Positions 1 through 11,909 of a stretch of 64,000 bases of DNA are shown one piece after another (within the stretch, counting starts at the first letter, position 1; each line of letters starts with the position of its first letter). The notes under the pieces were generated by a model. It saw only the letters and a list, made by a program, of their open reading frames with translations, had not been told where the DNA came from and did not search any database. This DNA comes from Squalus acanthias. Lineage: Eukaryota. A program made the translations under genes and the position numbers. The stretch spans positions 7,936,001 through 8,000,000 of the forward strand of contig CM059432.1 in NCBI GenBank assembly GCA_030390025.1, given 5' to 3'.

Positions 1-1390
1 GCGACGATGAAGGATCGGCGATATACTTCCGAGTCGGGATGGTGTGTGACTTGGATGGGAACTTCGAGGTGGTGGTGTTCTCATGCGCCTGCTGCCCTTG
101 TCCTAGGTGGAAGAGGTCACGGGTTTGGGAGGTGCTGCCGAAGAAGCCTTGGCGAGTTGCTGCAGTGCCTCTTGTAGATGGTACACACTGCAGCCACGGT
201 GCGCCGGTGGTGGAGGGAGTGAATGTTTAAGGTGGTGGATGGGGTGCCAATCAAGCGGGATGCTTTGTCCTGGATGGTGTCAAGCTTCTTGCGTGTTGTT
301 GAAGCTGCACTCATCCAGGCAAGTGGAGAGTATTCCATCACACTCCTTACTTGTGCCTTGTAGATGGTGGAAAGTCTTTGGGGAGTCAGGAGGTGAGACA
401 CTCGCCGCAGAATACCTAGCCTCTGACCTGCTCTTGAAGCCACAGTATTTATGTGGCTGGTCCAGTTAAGTTTCTGGTCAATGGTGACCCCCAGGATGTT
501 GATGGTGGGGGATTTGGCGATGCTAATGCCATTGAATGTCAAGGGGCAGTGGTTAGACTCTCGCTTGTTGGAGATAGTCATTGCCTGGCACTTCTGTGGC
601 GCGAATGTTACCTGCCACTTATCAGCCCAAGCCTGAACGTCGTCCAGGTCTTGTTGCATGCGGGCATGGACTGATTCATTATCTGAGGAGTTGTGAATGG
701 CGCTGAACACTGTGCAGTCATCAGCGAACATCCCCATTTCTGACCTTATGTTGGAGGGAAAGTCGTTGATGAAGCAGCTGAAGATGGTTGGGCCTTGGAC
801 ACTGCCCTGAGGAACTCCTGCAGCGATGTCCTGGGGCTGTGATGATTGACCTTCAACCACTGCAACCATCTTCCTTTGTGCTAGGTATGACTCCAGCCAG
901 TGGAGAGTTCACCCCCCCCTGCCCCCCCGAGTCCCATTGACTTTAGTTTTACTCGGGCTCCTTGATGCCACACTCGGTCAAATGCTGCCTTGATATCAAG
1001 GGCAGTCACTCTCACCTCACCTCTGGAATTCAGCTCTTTTGTCCATGTTTGGACCAAGGCTGTAATGAGGTCGGGAGCCGAGTGGTCTTGGCGGAACCCA
1101 AACTGGGCATCAGTGAGCAGGTTATTGGTGAGTAAGTGCCGCTTGAAAGCACTGTCGATGACACCTTCCATCACTTTGCTGATGATTGAGAGTAGACTGA
1201 TGGGGCGATAATTGGCCAGGTTGGATTTGTCCTGCTTTTTGTGGACAGGACATACTTGGGCAGTTTTCCATCTTGTCGGATAGATGCCAGTGTTGTAGTT
1301 GTACTGGAACAGCTTGGCTAGAGGCGCGGCTAGGTCTGGAGCACAAGTCTTCAGCAACGACAGCCGGGATGTTGTCGGGGCCCAGAGCCT
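1..1390 (-). mobile_element. Non-LTR retrotransposon RT fragment (CR1 group, 'LINE family Z'), frameshifted
   Basis: ORFs 881..1357 and 117..869 give NYRPISLLS, QFGFR, ALDIKAAFDRVWH, GVPQGSVxGP, FADD and YKAQVRSVMEY; frameshift near the C-run at about 912-930. Confidence 0.93.
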
Positions 1391-1744
1391 TTGCTTGTGT
1401 CTTTAAAATAAATCAAATTTAGAATGAGGCAAAGCACTGCCTCTGTCTCTCTGTCTTTAAAAAAACACTTAATATACATTTTTCCCCAATAAAGCTTTTG
1501 AAATTTATCCTCTTGTTTTTCAAAATTGTTTGATGAAAAGCCACTGAGCAGAAAGTTCTCGAAACTGGGAAATAAATGATCCATGCAGCTAACTGAGCGA
1601 CACTGCTGCCTCCTGGGAAATTAGCTACACTGTACAATCCAAATTCAGCTCAGTGTTGCAGCTCTGGGTAAAGATTTCAACTCCAAGCCCAGGCTTTTGG
1701 GAGAGGCTGAGGCCTTTCAAGTATAAACTTTTAATGAAGACACT

Positions 1745-1980
1745 GAAAGAAAGAAAGACTTGCATTTATATAGCGCCTTTCACGACCACCGGACGTCCCA
1801 AAGCGCTTTACAGTTAATGAAGTACTATTTGAAGTGCGGTCACTGTTGTAATGTAGGGAGCGCAGCAGCCAATTTGCGCACAGCAAGCTCCCACAACCAG
1901 CAATGTGATATTGACCAGATAATCTGTTTCAGTGATGTTGATTAAGGGTTAAATATTGTCCAGGACACTGGGGGAGAGCT
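1745..1980 (-). mobile_element. Deu-domain SINE, 3' part
   Basis: Reverse complement of the tail ...gtgaaaggcgctatataaatgcaagtctttc and of the Deu core seen in full copies such as 10628-11096. Confidence 0.85.
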
Positions 1981-2695
1981 CGGTTAAAGACACAAAAACC
2001 AGGTTGGTGGGTATATTTAATTATGCGATTGTAAAATATGTAGTTTTAAATGTATTTATCTTATTTTATTTGAACTTTTATTCTGAAAATTACAAAATTC
2101 AGTTCCTACGTTCAGTTGGTACATAAAGAAAAATTTTGAAACCATTTTTTATCAATTTCTAAAAACTCAGTGGCCACGTTGCATAATCTTAGGGTGGAAA
2201 GTTTACATAGGAAAAATCCATTCTAAATGTAGATATAGGAATTTATAATTAAGGGGTGGGGGGGTTAAGACAAAGTGTAACAATAGGAAGTGCATCCTTA
2301 CGTAAATGTTAATGTATCATAGAATAGCACAGCACAGAAGGAGGCCATTCGGCCCTTCGAGTCTGCGCCGACTCTTTCGAACAGCAATCCAGTGCAACTT
2401 TTACTCTCTATATTGTAGATCTCTATCTACTTATATTGTTAAACATCTTGCGTGTGACGCGCACTTCCTCACCACAAACCTCATTCTCTGTAGCATTTTT
2501 CACATCCAGATTTATAATGGGAAAAGTCTGATGTAAACAGGCTGTTAATAAATTAATGAAATCACTCAAAATACATATTGAGAGAAAAAAAATTGTCCAC
2601 CGTTTTTTTCTCAGTAACTGATAGTTCTAATGTCCAAAATAATGCTATAAACAAAATAAAAAAATAAATATATGAAATTAAACATTGATGATCCA

Positions 2696-3310
2696 TCAAC
2701 AACAACAACAACTTGTATTTACATAGCGCCTTTAACGTAGTACAATGTCCCAAGGTGCTTCACAGGAGTGTTATAAAACAAAAAATTTGACACCGAGCCA
2801 CATAAGGAGAAATTAGAGCAGGTGACCAAAAGCTTGGTCAAAGAGGTAGGTTTTAAGGAGCGTCTTAAAGGAGGGGAGAGAGGTAGTGAGGCGGAGAGGT
2901 TTAGGCAGGGAATTCCAGAGCTTAGGGCCGAGCCACCATAAGGCACGGCCACTAATGTTGAGCAATTATAATCAGGGATGCTCGAGAGGGCAGAATTAGA
3001 GGAGCGTAGATATCTCGGGGAGTTTTGGGGCTGGAGGAGATTACAGAGATAGGGAGGGGCGAGGCCATGGAGGGATTTGAAAACAAGGAGGAGAATTTTA
3101 AAATTGAGGTGTTGCTTAACCGGGAGCCAATGTAGGTCAGCGAGCATAGGGGTGATGGGTGAACGGGACTTGGTGTGAGTTAGGACACGGGCAGCCGAGA
3201 TTTGGATGACCTCAAGTTTCCGTAGAGTAGAACGTGGAAGGCCAGCCAGGAGTGCGTTGGAACAGTCAAATCTAGAGGTAACAAAGGCATGGATGAGGGA
3301 TTCAGCAGTG
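2696..3310 (-). mobile_element. L2 LINE 3' fragment
   Basis: ORF 2719..3147 LHWLPVKQHLNFKILLLVFKSLHGLAPPYL is the typical L2 ORF2 C-terminus; (TTG)n tail. Confidence 0.9.
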
Positions 3311-3334
3311 TCACTGACTGCTCAACCAGAGAAT

Positions 3335-6300
3335 AGTCTTTTCCTATTCATTTCATCAAAACTCTTCATCATTTTAAAAAACCTCTTTAAATTTCCACTT
3401 AGCCTTCTCTGCTCCAATGGAAATAGACCCTGTATCCCAAGTCTCTGCTCATAACTATAATTTCCAATCCCTGGTATATCCTGATGATCTACGCTAAATG
3501 TTCTCTCACTTCAATGAACTGTCTGTAATGGAGTACCCAAATGTGCACACAGGGCCCCAACTGCGGCTGAACCAGTGTTTTATATAAATCCATCAATATG
3601 TCTTTACTCTTGGACTCTATGCCCCTATTTATAAAACCTAAAATTCGATCGGTCTTTTATGGTTTTATTTATCTTTGCTTACACTTTCAGGGAATTGTGA
3701 ACCCCATGGTCTCCCTGTTCATCCACACACTTCAGTGTCTTTTTCCAATTAAGTGTGTTTTCTAATTCTTGCTTTCCTCCAAAAATGTATTATCTCACAC
3801 TCGCCCACATTAATTACATCTGCCCGTTCTACTAACCTGTCTTTTTACGTTCCTGCTCACTGCTCTCCCAAATGTCCCACTTTCTTCAGATTGTGTACGT
3901 ATACCCGATATATACCGAGAATACAGAAGTAAACTCAGCACTGACTTCTGGGGTACATCAGCTTCAACCCTTCTCTAGTCCATGAAACAGCCGAACCCTA
4001 ACCCCAACCCCAACCCTAACCCGAACCCTAACCCTAACCCTAACCCTAACCCTTCTCTAGTCCATGAAACAGCCGAACCCTAACCCCAACCCCAACCCTA
4101 ACCCCAACCCCAACCCCAACCCTAACCCTAACCCTAACCCTAACCCTAACCCAACCCGAACCCCAACCTCAACCCTAACCCTAACCCTAACCCTAACCCA
4201 ACCCTAACCCCAACCCCAACCCTAACCCTAACCCTAACCCTAACCCAACACAAACCCCAACCCTAACCCTAACCCTAACCCTAACCCAACCCTAACCCTA
4301 ACCCTAACCCTAACCCTATCCCCAACCCTAACAGAAACCCTAACCCTAATCCTAACCCCAACCCCAACCCCAACCCTAACCCTAACCCAACCCTAATCCT
4401 AACCCTAACCCTAACCCTAACCCTAACCCTAACCCAACCCTAGCCCAACCCTAACGCTAACCCTAAATCCTAACCCAAACCCCAACCCTAGCCCGACCCT
4501 AACCCAAACCCTAACCCTCACCTAACCCTAACCCAACCCTAACCCTAACCTTAACCCTAACCCTAACCCCAATCCTAACCCTAACCCTAACCCCAACCCC
4601 AACCCTAACACTAGCCCTAACCCCAACCCTAACCCTAACCCCAATCCTAACCCTAACCCTAACCCTAACCCCAACCCCAACCCGAACCTCAACCCTAACC
4701 TTAACCCCAATTCTAAACCTAACCCTAACCCTAACCCCAACACTAACCCGAACACTAACCCTAACCCTAACCCTAACCCTAACCCTAACCCTAACCCTAA
4801 CACTAGCCCTAACCCCAACCCTAACCCTAACCCCAATCCTAACCGTAACCCTAACCCTAAACCCAACCCCAACCCTAACACGAGACCTAACCCCAACCCG
4901 AACCCTAACCCTAACCGTAACGCTAACCCCAACCCTAACCCTAACCCTAACCCCAACCCCAACCCTAACCTCAACCCTAACCTTAACCCCAATTCTAAAC
5001 CTAACCCTAACCCTAACCCCAACACTAACCCGAACACTAACCCTAACCCTAACCCCAACTCTAACCCCAACACTAACCCGAACACTAACCCTAACCCTAA
5101 CCCTAACCCCAACCCGAACCCTAACCCTAACCCTAACCCCAACCCTAACCCCAACACTAACCCGAACACTAACCCTAACCCTAACCCCAACCCCAACCCT
5201 AACCCCATTCCCAACCCAAACCCTAACCCTAACCCTAACCCTAACCCTAACCACAACACTATCCCCAACCCTAACCCTAACCCTAACCCCAACCCTAACC
5301 CCAACACTAACCCGAACACTAACCCTAACCCTAACCCCAACCACCTAACCCAACCCAAACCCTAACCCTAACCCTAACCCTAACCCCAACACTATCCCCA
5401 ACCCTAACCCTAACCCTAACCCTAACCCTAACCCCAACCCTAACGCTAACCCTAACCCCTAACCCTAACCCTAACCCCAACCCTAACCCCAACCCCAACC
5501 CTAATGCTAACCCTAACCCTAACCCCTAACCCTAACCCTAACCCTAACCCCAACTCTAACCCCAACCCCAACCCTAACCCTAACCCTAACCCTAACCCTA
5601 ACCCCAACCCCAACCCTAACCCTAACCCTAACCCCAACCCTAACGCTAACCCTAACCCTAACCCCAATTCCAACCCTAACCCAACCCTAATCCTAACCCC
5701 AACCCCAACCCTAACCCTAACCCCAACCCTAACGCTAACCCTAATCCCAACTCCAACCCTAACCCCAACCCTAACCCTAACCCCAACCCGAACCCTAACC
5801 CTAACCCCAACCCTAACGCTAACCCTAACCCTAACCCCAACCCTAACGCTAACCCTAACCCCAACTCCAACCCTAACCCCAACCCGAACACTAACACTAA
5901 CCCCAACCCTAACCCTAACCCCAACCCTAACCCAACCCTAACACTAACCCTAACCCCAACTCCAACCCTAACCCCAACCCTAACACTAACCCTAACCCCA
6001 ACCCTAACACTAACCCCAACCTTAACCCCAACCCCAACCCTAACCCTAACCCCAACACCAACCCTAATCCTAACCCTAACCCCAACACCAACCCTAACAC
6101 TAACCCTAACCCCAACCCTAACACTAACCCCAACCCTAACCCTAACCCCAACCCCAAACCTAACACTAACACTAACCCTAACCCTAACCCCAACACCAAC
6201 CCGAATCCTAACCCTAACCCCAACACCAACCCTAACACTAACCCTAACCCCAAACCTAACCCTAACCCGACACCCTAACACAACACCCTAACCCTAACCC

Positions 6301-6560
6301 AACTCTAACCCTAACCTGAACCACAACCCTAACCCCAACCCTAACACTAACAATAACACTAACCCCAACCCTAACCCTAACCCTATGTTTCCTGTCTATC
6401 AACCCAGTTTCCAAGTATGCTGCCCTTGTACTTGCTCCTTGTACTCCTGAATTTTTCTAATATGCCTCTTGTGAGACACCTTATTATCGCACACCTTCTG
6501 AAAGTCCACCTACTCTGCATCTATTGCATTCCCTTTATCTATCTAATTGGTGAACTTATG
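3335..6560 (-). mobile_element. Old degenerate CR1 fragment split by the telomeric array (CR1 parts about 3335-3993 and 6386-6560)
   Basis: Both flanks align by eye, in collinear order, to the reverse complement of the young CR1 around 13270-14150 (e.g. ccttctgaaagtcca = DFQK motif; cagcactgacttctggggtac = VPQGSVL). Confidence 0.75.
3994..6385 (+). repeat. Interstitial telomere-like array (CCCTAA)n with variant hexamers
   Basis: About 2.4 kb of CCCTAA mixed with CCCCAA, CCCGAA, CACTAA and CGCTAA; single orientation. Confidence 0.97.
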
Positions 6561-6842
6561 AACTTTAACAATCCCATGCTGTCTCCTTTTGATCCGTCCA
6601 TTTCTAAATGCTTGCTAGTTTTATCTCGCATTGATAGCGCTACCGTGAACTGAATGTTTTCTGAATCAAGCCTTCTGTAACTGCCTGTGTGGTGTAATTA
6701 ATTGGTGCCAAAATTTGTGGTGTACGATGGTGGTAATAAGAAAGGATTAAATTAGTAACAATCTGTTGCACCTCAGGTAGTAATTAGTGCCAGAAGAATT
6801 GTGCCTGAAATTGTTTAAAATTGGTTGCAATTATATTAAACC

Positions 6843-7213
6843 TTGACACTCCAGTGCAGTACTGAGGGAGTGCTGCACTGTCGGAGGTGCCGTCTTTCGG
6901 ATAAGATATTAAACCGAGGCTCCGTCTGCCCTCTTAGGTGGACGTAAAAGACCCCGCGGCACTATTTTGAAGAAAAGCAGGGGAGTTCTCCCCGGTGTCC
7001 TGGGCCAATATTTATCCCTCAAACAACATCACTGAAACTGATTATCTGGCCATTATCACATTGCTGTTTGTGGGATCTGGCTATGCGCCAATTGGCTGCC
7101 ACGTTTCCGACATTACAACAGTGACTTCAAAAAGTACTTAATTGTCTGTAAACCGCTATGGGACATCCTGAGGTCATGAAAGGCGCGATATAAATGCAAG
7201 AATTTCTTTTCTT
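6843..7213 (+). mobile_element. Deu-domain SINE, 5'-truncated
   Basis: Matches the full copies from tgacactccagtgcagt to the tail. Confidence 0.88.
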
Positions 7214-7561
7214 TAAAAAGTAGTGTCATCTTGGGAAAGTAAAGTTATATTTTTCACATTTATGGTTACTGTGTTATTGTTCGCTGCATCATGCCAGTAC
7301 TTTATTAGTGTGATCACTAGGATTGCAGTGAAGTGTTACAGTGAGCGTGTGGGAAATTTCTTTTTAATACTGTCTCTAAAACTGTAGATTTTCTTGGTCC
7401 AAACTTGTCCAAGCTCGCTGCTATATGAATGGTAGATATTGAATTTCATTACCCATAACTTAATCTAGATCAAGTAAGTAGTCAAGAAACAACACTATAA
7501 ACTAAGTTACCTAATTACAAATTTAATTACATTTAATTAAATAAAACAATGTCATATAGGG

Positions 7562-8520
7562 ATGGCAGTGCAGGTGGTGTGCCACAACTGCAGCATGTGG
7601 GAGTTTGTGGAGAGCATTGTGATCCCGGACAACCACGTTTGCAGTAAGTGCCTGCATCTTGAGGAACTTCAGCTCAGAGTTTTTGAGCTGGAGTCTGAGG
7701 TGCAGATATTGCAGGGCATCAGCAATGGGGAGAGTTACCTGGACACTTTGATCCAGGAGGCAGTCACACCCCTTGGGTTAGGTAGTGGTACAGGTCTGGT
7801 TAGTGGTCAGGGACAGGAGGGTGTGACTGCAACTCAGGCAGGTAAGGGGACCCCAGGTGCAGTGCTGGAGGAGCCTCAACCTTTTCCCTTGTCCAACAGG
7901 TATGAGGTTCTTGCTGCCTGTGTGGATGAGGGAAAAGCCTGCAGCATGGATGAGCAAGCTGACCATGGCACCATGGTGCAGGAGGCCATTCAAGTGGGGG
8001 GAGTGAAAAGGAATGCAGTTGTGGTAGGGGACAGTATAGTCAGGGGATAGATACGTTTCTCTGCAGCCGCGACCGAGAGTTCCGAAGGTTGTGTTGCCTG
8101 CCCGGTGCCAGGGTTAAAGATATCTCCTCGCGGCTGGAGAAGAACTTGGAGTGGGAGGGGGAGGATCCAGTTGTCGTGGTCCACTTAAGAAGCAATGACA
8201 TAGGTAGCACTAGGAATGAGGTTCTGCTGAGGGAGTTTGAGTAGCTAGGATCCAAATTAAAAAGCAGAACCTCAAAGGTAATAATCTCTGGATTGTTACC
8301 TGAGCCACGCGTAAATTGGCATAGGGACAAACAGATTAGAGGTTTAAATGCGTGGATCAAAGAGTGGTGTGGGAGGAAGGGGTTTCAGTTCATGGGGCAC
8401 TGGCACCAGTACTGGGGAAAGAGGGAGCTGTTCCGTTGGGACGGACTCCACTTAAACCGGGCTGGGACCAGTATCCTGGTAAACCGAATAACTAGGGCAG
8501 TAGACAGGGCTTTAAGCTAA
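7562..8520 (+). pseudogene. CR1 ORF1 (Cys-pair N-terminus plus SGNH/esterase domain), disrupted
   Basis: CHNCSMWE..CSKC, coiled-coil-like LEELQLRVFELESEV, VVVGDSIVRG and DGLHLN motifs; in-frame TAG stops. Confidence 0.85.
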
Positions 8521-8719
8521 TGAGGGGGGGTGGGGGGGTGGGAGGATTCAGAAAAGAGTAAATTTAAAAGCAGTGAGAGAAATGTCAAGGCTCGAGAGCA
8601 GAGTAGAGTTTTGGGTAAAAATAAGCAGTGTGGGTCAGGAAGGGACAGAGAGAGAGTAACAAAGGTAATAAGGCATCAGTGACTATGGTGACATCAGGGA
8701 AAAATAGAAATAAGTCAAA

Positions 8720-9972
8720 GCTAAAGGCACTATATCTGAATACATGCAGCATTCGCAAAAACATAGATGAATTAATAATGTAGATAGAAATTAATAGGTT
8801 TGATCTAATAGCCATTACGGAGACGTGGTTGCAATGCGGCCAAGGTTGGGAACTAAATATTCCAGGATACTTAACTTTTAGAAGAGATAGGCAAAATGGA
8901 AAAGGATGGGATAAAAACAAAAGAGAGAAAGGATCTTAGCTCTGAAAATCAAGAAGTAGAATCAGTTTGGGTGGAGCTAAGAAACAGCAAAGGGCAGAAA
9001 ACATTGGTGGGAGTTGTTTATAGGCCCCCAAACAGTAGTTGTAATGTAGGGCAGAGTATAAATCAGGAAATTAGAGGCGCATGTAACAAGGGTAATACAG
9101 TAATCATGGGGGACTTTAATCTACATCTTGACTGGGCAAACCAAATTTGCAGTAATAGTGTGGAGGACGAATTCATGGAATGTATACAAGATAGTTTTCT
9201 GGATCAGTATGTTGAGGAGCCAACTAGGGAACAGGCTATTTTAGATCTAGTATTGTGCAATGAGAAAGTGTTAATTAATAACCTTGTAATAAAGAGGCCT
9301 TTAGGGAAGAGTGACCATAATATGATAGAATTTTATATTAAGTTTGAAAGTGGTTTAGTTAAATCCGAAACTAGGTTCTTAAATCTAAACAAAGCAAACT
9401 ATGTAGGTATGAGGGGCGAGTTTGCTAAGGTAGATTGGGAAACTACATTAAAAGGTGTGGCGGTAGAGAAGCAATGGCTAGCATTTAAAGAATTAATACA
9501 TAATTTGGGGGGATTGTCCTATGAGGAGAGATTGAGTAGACTAGGCCTATATTCTCTAGTGTTTAAAAGAATGAGAGATGATCTCATTGAAACATACAAA
9601 ATTTTACAAGGCTTGACAGGGTAGATGCAGGGAGGATGTTTCCCTGGCTGAGGAGTCTAGAACCAGGGGTCACAGTCACAGGGTAAGGGGTTGGCCATTT
9701 AGGACTGAGATGAGGAGAAATTTCTTCACTCAGAGGGTGGTGAATCTTTGGAATTCTCTACCCCAGAGGGCTGTGGAGGCTCAGTCGTTGAGTATATTCA
9801 AGACAGAGATCGATAGATTTTTGACTATTAAGGCAATCAAGGGATATGGGGATAGTGCAGGAAAGTGGAGATGAGGTAGAAGATCAGCCATGATCTTATT
9901 GAATGGCGGAGCAGGCTCGAGGGGCCGAATGGCCGACTCCTGCTCCTATTTCTTATGTTCTTATGTTCTTAT
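8720..9972 (+). mobile_element. CR1 ORF2 APE endonuclease joined directly to a CR1 3' end (RT missing)
   Basis: VGVVYRPPNS, IMGDFN, ILDLVL and SDH motifs, then a jump at about 9506 to GLSYEERL...; 3'UTR ends in (TTCTTATG)n. Confidence 0.9.
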
Positions 9973-10627
9973 GATTTACAAATTCGCAGTCTCCTTGTTC
10001 AAACATGACCTGCTTGTCAGTTTTATGAACTCGGAGCCAGCGCACTGCACCACACATGATTTTGAGCAGCTGTGGCAGCAAGTGGATTAGTGAAATAAAA
10101 ATTAAATGGATCCTGGAGCAATAATGATGAAGAATGCAATCCAGGATTTCCAAGCAGACTGCTTCATTCATGTATCTTTGAATGGGTTGTGACATGGGTT
10201 GACTTAAATGTGTTATTGGATTTTGCACTTTCTCGCTACAGAACAAGACACTATATTGTACAGAATGTCATTATCGGTGGAGATTATTAAGTGAACATGC
10301 AAATTACCAGTAATCCCTTGGTCATATGTCAGACAGGGCTGTCCTGTGTTATACAAGGACGCACTCTATATAGCACAAACTACAGTCTATTAGGTCAAAC
10401 AAAAATATTGTACAGGGCAGTTTAGAGTGGAACTGAGTCATCACTTGAATTTAATAGCTGCTTTAGTCAGTTTGATAGCAGTGCTATAAAGCAAGTAAAG
10501 CAGGGATAGCAAATAGTTATAATTCTACCATGTGATACTGATTTCAAATAGATTTGTGATTAGTTCCTATATTACAACAGTGACTGCATTTCAAAAGTAC
10601 ATCATTGATTGTAAAGTGCTTTGGAGT

Positions 10628-11096
10628 GTCAGCTGTGGCTCAGTGGGTAGCACTCTCACCTCTGAGTCAGAAGGTTGTGGGTTCCAAGTCTCACTCCTGA
10701 GACTTGAGCACAAAAATCTAGGCTGACACTCCCAGTGCAGTGCTGAGGGAGTGCTGCACTGTCGGAGGTGCCGTCTTTCAGATGAGACGTTAAACCGAGG
10801 CCCCCGTCTGCGCTCTCAGGTGGACGTAAAAGATCCCACGGCACTATTTCGAAGAAGAGCAGGGGAGTTCTCCCCAGTGTCCTGGGGCCAATATTTATCC
10901 CTCAATCAACTTAACAACAACAGATTATCTGGTTGTTATCACATTGCTGTTTGTGGGAGCTTGCTGTGTGCAAAATTGACTGCCGCATTTTCTACAATAC
11001 AACAGTGACTACATTTCAAAAAGTACTTAATTGGCTATAAAGCGCTTTGGGACGTCCTAAGATCGTGAAAGACGCTATAGAAATGCAAGTCTTTCT
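10628..11096 (+). mobile_element. Full-length tRNA-derived Deu-domain SINE (SacSINE1/AmnSINE1-like)
   Basis: A box TGGCTCAGTGG, B-box-like GGTTCCAAGTC, Deu core gccgtctttcagatgagacgttaaaccgagg, L2-like tail. Confidence 0.88.
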
Positions 11097-11539
11097 TAAT
11101 TTAGTTAATGGGTCACTGAACCGGTTTTACTTACTGACCAACTTTTATTTTCTGACCGTTTACATCTACAATGATTTGGCCTTAATCTTTTGACCTGAAC
11201 AGCACACGGTTCAAATCTATCAAGATCATAATTTGTCAACTTTCCAGATATTTTAAAATATGAAAATGTTCACCAGTGAATAAGGAATTGATGAAACCAA
11301 TGTGAGTCTGCACACTCGAGACAGTATTATTTATTCCTTCATGCACTTCCGTAGGGTCATCTCACTCTCCTGTTTCCAATGCTTGATTCATACTAATTTA
11401 GATTCTAGGATATAGCACATTTTTGTTGAGCTGAAGTGCACGGAGGGTGGGAGACCAGACAGGAGAATATTGGAATAGCCGAGTCTGGAGATGACAAGAA
11501 CATGGATGAGGCTTTCAGCGGCAGATGGTGTAAGGTACG

Positions 11540-11908
11540 CAATTAGTCCCACTCCCCTGCTCTTTCCCCATAGCTCTCCAGATTTTTTTTCCCTTTGAAT
11601 TATTTATCCAATTCCATTTAGAAAGTTACTATTGAATCTGCTTCCACCGCCCTTTCAGGCAGCGCGTTCCAGATCACAACAACTCGCTGCGTTAAAAAAA
11701 AAAATCTCCTCATCTCCCCTTTGGTTCTTCTGCCAATTACCTTAAATCTGTGTCCTCTGGTTACCGTCTGACTCCTGCCAGCTTCTCCCTCTTTACTTTA
11801 TCAAATCCCCTCATGATTTTGAACACTTCTGTGAAATCTCCCCTTAACCTTCTCTACTCTAAGGAGAACACTTCCAGTTACTCCAGTCTCTCCACATAAC
11901 TGAAGCCC
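11540..11908 (-). mobile_element. CR1 3' fragment
   Basis: Reverse complement of the CR1 ORF2 end, same family as 19083-19440. Confidence 0.8.
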
Positions 11909-11909
11909 C

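Noticed and set aside
4511..6281. (VR)n and (GL)n ORFs
   Set aside because: Automatic translations of TTAGGG repeats; such dipeptides have been reported from telomeric RNA, but nothing here shows expression
3994..6385. True telomere or chromosome fusion site
   Set aside because: Non-telomeric sequence on both sides, single orientation, collinear CR1 flanks
10628..10700. tRNA genes at SINE heads
   Set aside because: A/B boxes run straight into the SINE body; no convincing cloverleaf
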